A stretch of 38,599 nucleotides of DNA from Sanchytrium tribonematis (Eukaryota), in assembly GCA_018985235.1 (NCBI GenBank), contig JADGIG010000027.1:1-38599 (forward strand), written 5' to 3'. The translations under genes and the position numbers were made by a program. This document shows, in pieces, positions 9,250-21,739 of this stretch (positions within the stretch are counted from its first letter, which is position 1; the number at the start of each line of letters is the position of its first letter). The notes beneath the pieces were generated by a model that worked only from the letters and a program-made list of their open reading frames with translations, searched no databases and was not told the DNA's origin.

Positions 9250-11200
9250 TTCTATCTTGCTATTGTAGACTTGAAAAGTCTATTCATTTTCACAGAAAAT
9301 TCAAATTAATCGAATATGATGCAAGTGTCAATAAATCTTTAAATAATGATTCCTGGTGTATGATTGGGAACATCACCAAAATAGGAAGCAGATCAACTCG
9401 GAAAATGACAAAAAAATTACCCCAATTGGGGACAAAAGACATGTGATCGACTGCGTACGGTCACTCATTTGAGTCAATCAGAAGATAGATGGAAGTTACG
9501 AGAAGACACTAGAAGCTTCTATTAGCTATTTAAGGAAATTTTTCCCAATATAAATAAGTTCCTTACAAATATACGATGATATTTAATTCATCCAACTACC
9601 AGCTTGTTTCTAAAAGTTAAAAAGTGCAAATTTGGCAAAACAGATACAACATTTCTAGGATTTAATGTCTGTTCAAATGGTATTAAACCAGACCAAGCCA
9701 AAATCGAAGCTATTACTATGCTAAGATCTCCAGAAATAGTCACAGAAGTTAGACAATTCTTAAGACTTACTAGCTTCTATAGATGATTTATTCATCGATA
9801 TAGCACTATTGTTCAACTACTTGACGAGTTGAAAAAGAAAAACGCAGTCTTTAGATGGAACACAAATTGTGAACAAGCATTTCTGCAGCTTAAGAATGAG
9901 ATTGTTAGTCCATTAGTGTTTGCTCATCCACAGTATCATATGCGATTCTTCATTTATATGGACGCAAGCTAGCTAGGAATAGGATCAGTGCTTTCACAGG
10001 ACAAACGACCTGTATGGTTTATCTCTAAAAGTCTTACACCAGCCAAAAGAAACTATGATGTAGGAGAAAAAGAGTGCCTAGCAATACTATGCGCCTTAGA
10101 TAAGATCCGCTCGCTCTTTACTATATTTACAAACTATGGAAACCTTAGATGGCTTTTTGATCAAAGGCAATCAGGCAGACTAGCTAGATGGGTATTCAAT
10201 ATGAAATAACAATTGCAAACATACCAGGGAAGGAAAATTCTGCAGCTGATGCGCATTGTCGATATGGTTAACCAACAACAACAATGAATCTCACAAAAGA
10301 AAAATTTGAGAAAACATTGAATATTTCAGCCATGAAAAACGTCGACTGAGAAGAGGAGCAGGCGAAGGATTCAATTACTAAAAAGACTGCAAAGTTTAAA
10401 ATCCTCAACATCATGTATAGGATTTTAAACAAAGACAGGGCAAAAATTGTGTGCCAGAACATATGATAAATACTATGATAGCTCTAGCACACGAAAATCC
10501 CGAATCAAATCATGCAGCTAAACAGCAAACTATCTTATATTTATTGGACTATTGTTTTAAAAATAGATCTAGAAGAATAGAGGAATACATTAGAAACTGC
10601 AAAACATGTCTACTTGCTAGACCCCCTTCAATCAATAAACACTATGAATCCCACATACCAATGGATGCGTTAGATAGAAATTTTATCGACATCCAATAGA
10701 TCCAGATAACATGGATGACTGCTGATATTTGTTGACAATATTAGACGATTGTACAAGTTTCTTTAATGCAATATCTTTACATAAGCCGAGGATGGAGTAC
10801 AAGCATTAAATCGCAACTGGATCTAGATATTTGGATCACCAAAAAAAATAATTGTAGACAATGGAAGTCAGTTTCTGCCAAAAGAGTCTTCTATATACGT
10901 GGAAAGTTTAGATTGCATTTTGCAAAAGACAGCTCCATACAGTCACTTTCAAAATCTGGTGTATGCATTTTGCAAAAGACAGCTCCATACAGTCACTTTC
11001 AAAATCTGGTGTAAGGATACCATGGAACTCCAGATTACAAAATCAGAGCTCTCCGTAATATGTTAGGAAAATCATTGACAGATTTTCTGCACTGTATGAA
11101 TAACGCCACCAATTCGTCAACAGGGTGGTCTCCAGCCAAGCTAGTAACCAGATCAACATTACCCCAAACGGCTACTATAAGAAATAGAAATTTACCCCCT
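9250..11200 (+). mobile_element. Degenerate Ty3/Gypsy LTR-retrotransposon pol (RT, RNase H, integrase)
   Basis: YLAIVDLKS (~9255), KKCKFG...FLGF, EVRQFL..TSFYR, DAS*LGIGSVLSQ, NYDVGEKECLA, GRLARW, HHCC finger (HENPESNH...CKTC) and KTAPYS; multiple stops and frameshifts. Confidence 0.9.
10914..11013 (+). repeat. Perfect 50-bp tandem duplication (2 copies)
   Basis: TGCATTTTGCAAAAGACAGCTCCATACAGTCACTTTCAAAATCTGGTGTA at 10914 and 10964. Confidence 0.95.
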
Positions 11201-12954
11201 TCAACATGTTTTCCCAAGGAAATAGTTTTAAATTTATGTTCACGTGATGGATTTGCACCCAATCAACGTCATTGTACAGCGTTGTCACGTCATGTTTTCA
11301 TTTCACATGATCCCCCGTTTAATGGAAGAAGGAAAAACAAAATAAAATCCCGTAACGAAGGTACTGCAAGAAGCATGACACTTCGGTTCTCAATTTTACG
11401 GCAAATTGCTTTAATCAAAGGATCATGCAGGCCGTTAACCTTTACATTCAAGCCCAATATAGCACGTCGCACCGATGAACACCACGAATATGAACGTGTA
11501 GTATTAGCGTCTTGAGGGGCTTATCGAGAGGTATTGATAAAATTTGAAATTGAACAAGAAGAATTTGATGATGTCCACGAAGTGAGAAATATTCGTGTTT
11601 TCTAGTTATTGGATGACACCGGTAAGGCAACGTATCGAATGATGCAAGATACGCGATACTTCGGTTTTGAAGATGTTGCTGAGTTCCAGCCGACTAAAAA
11701 TGTAAATGTAGATTGCTCAGAGGCTTTTCAAGATTAACGGGCGGGAATGGAAAAAAATCGTAGCCATCCGCTTAACAGTTTGATTGTTAAGCGAGAATAA
11801 ATGATTTATATAATTTGGTTTCAATGCAGCTTTCTGGTATGCTTTTCCTAAATAAAACAATCCGTACAAGGGGCTTCTAAGACAGATAAATAGCGGCTCT
11901 CCCCCAAATAAACATCTTACTTCAATTTAACATCATTCTGCATTGCCTTTTAAAAGAACAGCAGATCAAGATTGTGCTGCTAAAAGGATATAAACTTTTG
12001 AATTTCTTTCATCAAATTTAAATACAAATTTTACAGATCCTTCAAGCACAATTGATAAAGATTTGCCAGATAGACTAGATAATTTGGAAAGATACATTTC
12101 ATATATATAAAATAATTTTAACAGTACAGTTGCAATGGTCATGGCAAATTAAAATAAGGTCAAAGATTTACTAGACTTGTTAGATCGCAATTCTCATAGT
12201 TTTAAATATGCAAGAGACTCCGACTCATAAAACACTTCCAAACATCACAAATTTATCATGTAGTGCTTCTGCAGGGCTACAAAAATAAATGAAAGTTCAA
12301 ACCTCAAAATAAAGTATTTATTCATTTTCGATTAATTGCGGAGGGACGGTATGCAACACAAGTGTCTTAGAAAATGTCATTTATGCTGTCAATAAATCGA
12401 ATGATTTTGGCAATCAGGCATTGAATTTTGAGAAATTAGTGAAATAAAAGTGTCAAAATGAACTCAGTATTCATCAGTTGTTCTCTGATCGAATACAAAG
12501 AACCATCATTCAATGTAGACAATATAAACAACAATATTTTTAGATTATTGTGGGACTTTATTTGATCATTACTCTCATGTGTTAAAAGTTAGTGACGTAA
12601 AAATTGTTGCTGATTACAGCCGTGGCAAAAAATATCACAAACTAGTATTTACCAAACAAATCGAAGAAATTAATGGGATGAAAGGTGTCATGGTCCAACT
12701 AGACAGTTACACTGAAGAGAAACAAAAACCTAGAGGAATGGCTTTTCATATATTGACATTGACATGGAAAATGAAAACAAATCTCTTATTTGGACCTTGT
12801 AGATTTAGAAATCATTGCTGTAATGAAAATCATTGGTTATTACCATTTAAGAAAAAATAGAAGAACAAATCACTAAAAGTTCCAATATTCAAGAAACCAA
12901 TTCAATAAATGAAGAGTTGAAGTATTTTACTATTATGGAAATAAGCCATTTGAC

Positions 12955-13420
12955 CGTAATGTCCTTCTGGTCAATGGGCTAGGCGAGCGTAGTCTTGGCT
13001 AAGTGATGGCTCCGTTCCATATGGAATACTACCAAACCCCCGCTCCAGTTCAAATCTGGGTGGTCACCAACAAAGTAGTGGCAGATCTAAAGATTTTATT
13101 TGGGCAAACATTTATAAATCAGAACTCACTCTCTGTTAAACCCCCCATCCACACCTGGTTGGCACAGCCATACTCTTACGGCTATTATCCCCAATCCTCT
13201 CCTGATGGTGCACCCAAAGTGCCCACTTTCATTCAATCTGTAGTTCTGGACACCGAGTTCATAGATGCAGATGAAACCGAGAAATACATGTCCCCCATCT
13301 CCCGGATGCATTTGAAACTGCCAAAAATGCAGACATCAACCCGAATCTTCCCCTCCATCAACGCCAACGCGATATTGCGCTTCTGAATACATTCAAAGAT
13401 GTGTTCACTTGCAATTTTGA
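12955..13420 (+). mobile_element. Possible retrotransposon aspartic-protease relic (C-terminal half)
   Basis: Locally higher GC; LVNGLGERSLG*V...IWVV...DLKILFGQTFI resembles the retropepsin flap and ILGxDF region. No DSG/DTG motif seen. Confidence 0.4.
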
Positions 13421-13682
13421 CGCTGTAGATGTGGGCATGGAACTGAAAATCCCCATTTTGCTGTCCTCATCGAGAGAATTGGACAAACAAATAAAATGTC
13501 CAGAGAAGAAATTCAAAACCAAAATAGTTAAGATATGTCCAACTTACTACGCGGAAAAAAATTATTTATAATAAACCTAAAGTGATATAAATTGGGTCGG
13601 TAATACAGTCATTAAGATTGTAATTTTTTACTTTAGTCACCTAAGCCTAGGCTTTTGAGCTTGCTCATTGTTGCGTAAAGTT

Positions 13683-13876
13683 TGAAGTCGTTGACATAGA
13701 TATTTATTTAGGGAATGTCCCGTTTACATGTGTTTTGGTCCTTCTATTGATTGATTCCCTTATATATCACAAGTCATTGTAATATATAAGAGCCAATCAT
13801 AAATCTCTCAAATCCCCTCGTAACCCCTCGTGATTCCCTTTGGGTCTACAGGGTCAAAACTACTCCCGTCGGAGTA
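13683..13876 (-). repeat. Left copy of diverged ~190-bp inverted repeat (partner 18377-18570)
   Basis: Shared exact blocks ATATATTACAATGACTTGTGATATATAAGGG (31 nt), AGTTTTGACCCTGTAGA and ATGTCAACGACTTCA, collinear in inverted orientation. Confidence 0.9.
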
Positions 13877-14198
13877 TGACTGCAACACTCATCTCGCAGT
13901 CAATGATACAATAATAAAAAATTTTCTTACCATTTGTTTTTTTAGAGAAATAAAGAATAGATCCGATAGGATCTTTAGTAAAATCCATTTCGCAACTATA
14001 TAGAATATCTTCTTTATATAACATTACGTTAAATTATTTCAATAGTTATTTTGACAAAACTTTGATCGAAATAAAAAATTATTTAATAAATACACCTTAA
14101 AACTTTGGTACAGATATAAAATAGCTTAACAAAAAATAAATTATCTAACTTCATAAATACTACTACGAAAAACAGAAGCTGCGTCAGAAATTCGGTAG

Positions 14199-14278
14199 AT
14201 TTATCGGTTGCCAAAATTTATTAAATTTTTAATTAAAATTTATCGGTTGCAAAATTTTTTAAATTGTTTTTTAAAATT
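14199..14278 (+). repeat. Imperfect ~39-bp tandem repeat (2 copies)
   Basis: ATTTATCGGTTGC(C)AAAATTT.TTAAATT occurs at 14199 and 14238. Confidence 0.75.
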
Positions 14279-14644
14279 ACAGTATCAAAAACCAATAAAT
14301 TTAAAAAACAAAAACATAGAAAGTAACGTACAATACAAAACCTTTTTATAAAGCTTTAAAAAAATCTGAAAATTGAACTGGGCAATTTGATGAAGTAAAA
14401 TATGTTTCAAATTCTCCGATAAATATTATAACTCCTTGTTTCAAAATCTCTATACACCTCTTATTTTATTTCTTCTTCGGGGTGCTCGTCTATTATTTTT
14501 GAGTCATGTTTTTTTTCCTGAGTTTTATAACTTTTCGCTGATTTAAATCATTACCAGTTATCATTACCCATTTAGAAACAAAAATTAGCTCGTCAATTGA
14601 TTTCAAATATATTTCATAGTCGATTCCTATTATCTATTTTACCT

Positions 14645-15924
14645 TCAAATATGGTTATAAAATGATAAGTTATTACAATCTGGAATTTCAAAATGAATTC
14701 CCTTTGGTGTTTCAGCGCTATGCATAAAAGCGCGATACATGTCAAAAATCACCAGCAAGCATACCGTTCCCAACTTTAGAATGTGTAGCTCCAGAAAAAA
14801 ACTTATGGAAATTTTCAAACCTTCCTGTGACATACTCTACAAGTTGAGACATTTCAATGTTAATAAAGCATTTCGGGTTTAAATAAGGAATCTCAGTGCC
14901 GTCGCTTTCCTTATATATTGAGCTAAACAGGAATTTTGTTATTTTACAATCTAAAGACGAACTTCTCCCAAAGTTTTGCAATAACCACACATGATTGAGG
15001 TCGAGATTAACTTCTAGTCTATAGGCTACAGGTGTATCACTTGACCTACTAATCGAGCTAGAGCAGTCATTTAGGTACTTTAATAGCTTGGTAAATTGAT
15101 TGACATGATATTTATCAGCGAAAAATAGTTTTGCATGGTGCGTTAGCCCCCTTAATGCTCCATCATAACTTGAATTTTTCTTAGTTTTTCCTTCTGGAAT
15201 CATGTGCTTAAGATCGCTATATAGTTGTATTTTGTTAAATATTGTATTAGTACTTGTTTTTTCCAAAATATTAGAATTTTATGGAATTTAATCTTACAAT
15301 AAAGCTCAAGATTTTGTGCGTTTAAAAAATCACGTATCATGTTGATATCAAACATTGTACAGTAATTTTTGTGTTTTTAAAATTTAACAAAAAATGATTT
15401 CGATATCTCAACTTTTATATCACAGTATGAGGCGTCATCAATAGAATTGGGAAAGTTGAAATGTAATCGTAATTTTGCATTTAAAAAGTCTAATGGATGC
15501 TTAATATTGGTCTTTCAATCATTCAGTGTTTTCAAATTGATGCCTTTTACGTATAACACCACTTCTGGAAATTTTTGTCTCACTATGTTAATTGCTTTGC
15601 AAAAGTCAGTTGTAGTTATGTCGAAGTTTAGATTATTACGTCCAATAGATTGCCCCTTACGGTGTGAACTCATGAATTTTTCAACACATTTTGAAAAATA
15701 CCGTCTTATTGTTCCAGAATCGTAGGTATGATTTAAAAAGCATTATATATGATTGTTGAAACAAGCTTAAATATTTTGTTTGTTAAATATCTCAAACTCT
15801 TTGATTCTTGGATCAAATGAAAAGTATGTTCGATCAGATTTATGCAAATCAAAATTAGCCGTCTTGAAAAATAACTCATTGAACACGACTCCGTAAAGTG
15901 AGTCTTAGTCAAACCATTCCTCAA
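14645..15924 (-). pseudogene. Disrupted gene of unknown family
   Basis: Consecutive minus-strand reading segments (15924-15733, ~15725-15270 with two in-frame stops, 15266-14742, then a frameshifted tail to 14645) form one long interrupted frame. Confidence 0.55.
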
Positions 15925-16629
15925 TTTTGTTTTTTTGAAACCCGTAAAAATGTTCGATAATAATATTTTGCTTAATTAGAATTTGAATTCACAGTAGAAA
16001 TCGGATAAGTACTACTACACAGATCAAATTTTTGATATTTAAAATTTTTCATTTTGGACTTTATTTCAAAATGATGCTTAATTTATCTTGATACTTTCTT
16101 TTGCCCTTATATATTTGATTAGATTTTAAATTTTAAGCATTTGATTGTTTAAATTTAAATTAGTTCTACCATTGAAACTGTTTTTTTTCTGATTACATTT
16201 AAAGAAACATTCGCAAATCACGGAGTTTCCATGTATTTTTTGGGTTGTATTTTGCAATTTAGCATTCACTGTTACTTGGCTTACATTTTTATTTTTACCA
16301 TTTGTAATTGACTATTTTTTTGAAGAATAGATTGACTTTTACGGCTAATCTTATTACCATTACGATTTTGGCTAAGTGGATCTTTCATTGTTTCAAAAAA
16401 TATAAGCCTCATTAATTCAAAAAGGTTTTTCAGATTTTCGTTTCGATCAAATACATGATCTCTTTAACTTCATTATAACTTGACTCAACTTGTAGATCAG
16501 ATAGGGACTGTTCATAAATCACAATTAAATTCAAACTTCATTTTTTAAATTGACTACGACAATAAAATTCTTCATGTAAAGCTATGATCACTAGCCTTTA
16601 ATGTCGTATAATGGACGACACACGGGGTA

Positions 16630-17863
16630 TTGCATCCTGATGATTATTTTTATGATTTTGAGCTCGCAAATATTGATAAACTTTATAATTTCGATGGTAA
16701 AATTTTATCAAAAATAATGCATACACCTACACCTACAATTTTAGAAACAAATGATTTGAGCAAAACTTTAGATTGCTATTATTATAGTTTCATAATTCAC
16801 CTTAAATTTTTGAAAAATTTAATCAAATTAATTTACGAATTCAATCGCGGCGATCTTAGTGTTCTGGAAACTGTACCGGAAGATTATCGCGAGCTACTTA
16901 TTAGATGCAATGGATATCTTCAATGCTCTGAGTGTAAAATGTGTGGCAATATCCGAAGTGAAAATTTATTACGACTCTGGGACGCATATTGCAATGACTG
17001 CAAGGATCGACTGGTTTATTTTGTCCCATGTTCAGGGATTTTGATCTATAGAGCTTGGAAAATCGAGTTGTAACGTTATTAGTTAGACCGCATGAGCATA
17101 ATCCAATAGCAAAAGACTTTCCATTCAACTGGAAAAGATTGGTTGATAGTGAATTATCTGAAAAAATGAATGAGTATAAAAACGTTGAAGCAAATTCATT
17201 AGAGTTATTTCTTATTTTTGACACAATTTTATCAATTGCTATTACTGATAAAAAATATAAGATCAACACTCCAAAGGCTTATCCAAAAAATCATTTTATT
17301 TATAAAATTCAAAAGTATGACTTAGATTCTTCATTCGATTTATATTTTGAATTTGGAGCAAGTGATATCTCTGAAATGGTGAATTTTATTCATCAATACT
17401 ATATACGGCCTTTTTCTGTAATTCTGGAAACCGTGGAATTCTCAAATCGCAAAACCTTGCCACTTTCCGACGAAAGAAATATTAAAATACAGAACGATTT
17501 GATAAAATCAATTTGTCAGATTATCCGGAAAAAAAAAGATGCCATTTTGAAATTAGCACCACAATATGGCAGAGGTCATTTGGGAATTTTTGCTTCGAGA
17601 AATATTTGGGCCCCTCATGCAGTATCAAATTTAGTGTTACGCTGCTCGAGATATCTAAGTCCCAAATTTCGAATTTAAGTCTTGGAAGAATGGATTATTC
17701 AATTTTTACGAAAAATCAAAAAATCAATGCTATCTGATGTAAGGGGAGGGAAGTATGTCAATTTTGCTTGCATTTGTAAAGCCAATGCTGACATTGAAAT
17801 CGACCTAGATATGAGCATTTTAACTGTGTAGATTGTAGAAAAATGAACAAGGCAAAAAATTAA
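16630..17863 (+). pseudogene. Disrupted Cys-rich hypothetical gene(s)
   Basis: Overlapping ORFs 16630-17073 and 17055-17678 without ATG starts; CSECKMC...CNDC and a stop-riddled C-terminal CQFC...CVDC. Confidence 0.45.
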
Positions 17864-18376
17864 TCTTAAAAGCATTATTCTAACGTTCGCTTTGTATAAA
17901 TTTCGTTACACAAAGCTGTATAATACCATTAAGACTGATATATTTTAAAGAACTAAAAATCTTGATGGGCTTTGCACATGAATGGGTTGGATTGTATTCC
18001 GCGTTCTAACAAACAGAAACCATTCATTACATCACTTATTAACTACTGTTGAGTTTGATTAACAAATAAGATTTATTATATTTTTAAAACGATTTTGGTC
18101 CCCTCGAGGTTTTATGCAAGTTGGAGGGATGTCAACAACAATATGGGAAGTAATTTGACCAATAGTTGATCCTTAACCGGTTCCCTTGTTTTGAACTAAT
18201 AAAATCATTTGGTCTCAGATCCTTTGTCATTAGATTACAAAAATAGAAGCAGATCCATAGAAGATATCGATGACAGAACATGAATAAACAATTTATTGAT
18301 TCTCCATCATATATTAACAACTCATCACCTGGGTAAGGATGATAACATTTTTTTTAACACTATCAATATTGTAGAG

Positions 18377-18570
18377 TACTCCCTCGGGAGCAGTTTTGAC
18401 CCTGTAGAACCAAGGGGTCATGAGGGTTCAATAAAAAAGTTTGAGAGATTATTGATTGGTCCAAATATATTACAATGACTTGTGATATATAAGGGGACCA
18501 ATCAGAAGAGGGACAAAAGTACATATAAAGGGGATATTCCCCAAATAAATAACTAATGTCAACGACTTCA
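18377..18570 (+). repeat. Right copy of diverged inverted repeat (partner 13683-13876); LTR- or TIR-like
   Basis: See left copy. Contains TATATAAG and CCAAT-type motifs; weak similarity may extend ~100 bp further outward. Confidence 0.9.
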
Positions 18571-20409
18571 GATTATTCACAACAGACAAGGAAGCATGCT
18601 CTATAAAAGGAAATAAAAGTAGGAATGCCTTATTTTATTAATTACTTAATAAAGAATGACTTTTATTTCAAATATGCTATCCATTGTGTAGCTGATGATA
18701 CATCTACTCTGTCAATAGTTGTGGAGCCATCTACTAAGAGTGTAATTGTCCTTCTCTGATGTATATGGCCGTGTATTTGCCCCTTTATTGTAGCGAGTGG
18801 TTGTTTAACGGCTTTTCGCTTGTTCAACGTGCTAGTCTTAGTTAATGATGGCAATTATTGCTAGTCGATTCATAAAATTAATTTATTAGATGGATATTAT
18901 AGATCAAATTCTAGTATCTGAGGGAATTAACACCAAATCAACTATCATGGGTTATTAACGATGAAAATGGAGTTTTATTGTCTTCAATGTAGAGACATTG
19001 ATGCGAGAGTATGCACCAGGTTATCTTGCGGATTATGTCGCACGATAAGGAGAGACCCCATTTTGTAAATTACACTACGAAGCAGGGACTCACTCAGTGT
19101 TTTAACTTCTGCATATGTATCAAATTACCTTTTATTATGTCTGATCTTTCTCAATCGCAAAAGCGTGGCTTGGGAAAAATCCTCTCCAAATTGATCTTTG
19201 CGCATATTCGACGCATCATCGAGCATTTAACGAAATTTGAAGCAAGATTGCAATAGATCTTTTGTGGTAAAAACACAAAATGTGAAAGGATTTGTTAAAA
19301 GATGCTGTTAAGTCAGGCAAAACAACCGCGAAAAAGAAGACGAAACGTGAGCTTTTTGTTTTTTTAATGTGAGGATATTCGTATTGCGTGCAATCGCAAT
19401 GGAATATTACACACGTTTCAGATGGAGGCTAATACTCGTTATAAAGTCTAAGATATGGAGTGTCCTAATACTTTACGATCCTATAACACATGCCTGATAA
19501 CCTTGAAGTCAAGGGATACTAGCGTATTTAAAAATGTCACATTTGTTTTCCAGCTGGTTCAATTAAGCCTTCATCATCTCCCAAAATAACATTTATATTT
19601 CAGATTTTGAATTACAAATTGGTGGAGAAAGTCCAATTAATTTCACATTTGTTTTTTTTTCTAATAGTTGCAATTAGAAACCACTAATTTTGGAAGAGGT
19701 GGTATTAGATGGGTCGTTTATTTTCCCTTCCGTTATATCTGCGCTGTCTCCCTCATAACCTTGTCCATTAAGCCAAAAAAATCTTTAAAAATTTTCTCCG
19801 ATTGCACTGTCTGCATATAATTAAGAGGCGTACTTAGTGCCACTTGTCGATAAATTGATTTGAAAATCGCTAGCAGAAACACACCTAATTTTGTCACATC
19901 ATCAATTGATGTTCCATGTCCTAAAGAATTCATTTTACCGATTACTAGTTGGTTTACTTAAAAATTTACCAGATGAATCAACTGTTTGTTTGGTTTGAAT
20001 TGGTTTCACCTCTACCTATGTATAGCCTTGAATAGAAGGACTCCCCTGTAACGTACAAGGACTTAATTGAAAAGCGAAACAAAATAATGTTTCGCCACTG
20101 TATTGGGAATACAATTTTGCCAAAGTACTCCCAAGTCTACACACAAGTGTAATAAGTAAACCAGTGTCAAATAAGCAAGCATTTGGGTAATTTATGGCAA
20201 AAATATAAATTTTAAAATATATAAAAGCAGATCCAAAACTTAAAACAAAAGAAATTTAATAAAAATAATTTACACAACACAAAATCCAGCAACAAATTTA
20301 ATATCAACAAGATTTCAGGATAATGACACTTCCGAAATTCACATTTCAAATGTAAGTCAAAAATTATTTATGATTTATTTATTCTATAATTTTTTCCTTT
20401 TTTTTATCT

Positions 20410-21120
20410 ATTTTTGGCAAGTATCACACAATTTTGGATGATCTGTTCCAAAATTATGTCCACGGACATTGCATCTATCACAAGTGTGCCGTTGACTTTT
20501 CAAATTCCAACTCGACATTCAACACAAAAAACTCCAATATTTTTATCAGATTCATTTGATTTATTTAAAATTGCTGAAAAGGATGCTCCAAATTTCCTTA
20601 ATAAATTCAATACAAATTGTCAACTTCATATTCGATTTTACAATATGAGTCAAATGCGCATGAAATTAATGCAGTGAGTCTAAGGGAAGAAAAACCAGTT
20701 GAACGCATTTCGATGTGCTTAATTCTTTTCTGATCAAGAGTACTTCTTTTAGGAACCTCCGTACAGCATGTAGTCTAATCATACAGTACTATATGTAATT
20801 TAAGATTATCTCTTGTGCGTAGATTTAACATATTATGTAAGTCACACTTTGTTTTACTAACGTCTCATCCAAATATCTGCATAAAAATATTAAATCGTTC
20901 GCAATACCTTCTGCCCATCTTGCTGATGCTTTGAAATCTTTTACACTTTCTTGTTCTGCCACTGTCAGTGCCCAATCTTTTAAATCTTTTCTCGTTACCC
21001 TCTTTTAAAGAAATCAAATTGCCATAAATGTTTCATATAACTCATATTTTTGGATACCGGTTGGATTTGTGTTGACACCTCCAACACAACTTATTTTTCT
21101 AGAACGGGAATAAGGATGTA
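20410..21120 (-). mobile_element. Decayed pogo-like transposase relic with CENP-B-type HTH; boundaries approximate
   Basis: KRVTRKDLKDWALTVAEQESVKDFKASARW (cf. FKASxGW) at ~20915-21005 and D*TTCCTEVPKRSTLDQKRIKHIEMRSTGFSSLRLTALISCAFD (cf. DET...P..T...G.K.V...TG....R.T) at ~20650-20780. Confidence 0.75.
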
Positions 21121-21739
21121 TTCTAAAATTTAATTTGATTTCTTATCGTTTGGTAATTTAATTGAACAGAGTGAAAGAAGCACATTTAGCTGCGTTTTTT
21201 TGCTTTACTGGTGTATTTCTTTTACTGCATTGTAAGGATTTAGACCACTTTCTTGGTAAAAATCAATAAATAAGTCAGAAGTACTATTACTTGTTCTATT
21301 CAAGGTTAAACGCTATTCATAAATTCATTTTTTACGTAATCAAAATTGATGGGCAAATTATTCTTTCACAAAAATCACTGTTATTACTATACCATGCATT
21401 CGTTAAAGCCGGCGCGGCGAGCTGAGACAATTTTCGAAAACGTTGCTGTCCATTGCATCCTTCCTTAATTACACCGTCAGTAGCGTCTCTGATCTCTGTA
21501 TCAATGTCATCTAAGATACTGCTATCGTTTACATGGACAATTATTTTAATTCATCTATCAATTGTGCAATCTCCTGAAATTATAAAAACTATTTACAGTG
21601 ATTTATAGGACATTTGAGAGATCGATTCGATACTATTGAAAGCAAAGAGTGGAAAGCAAATTAACGCAATACAAAGCATATTAAGTTTGACGTTTTTATC
21701 TTGAAATCATTTTCAAATAAATTTGAAACAAAGCTTCAA

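Noticed and set aside
9600..10700. RIP-like mutation of the Gypsy relic
   Set aside because: A few stops fit C>T changes, but without an intact copy no bias can be shown.
12579..12860. 93-aa ORF
   Set aside because: Non-ATG start, no recognisable motif, inside the TE desert.
10914..14278. CRISPR-like array from the short direct repeats
   Set aside because: Each repeat has just two adjacent copies with no spacers, there are no cas genes, and the context is eukaryotic.
18660..20400. Short ORFs and coding-like fragments
   Set aside because: Stop-riddled with no motif I can assign; left unannotated.
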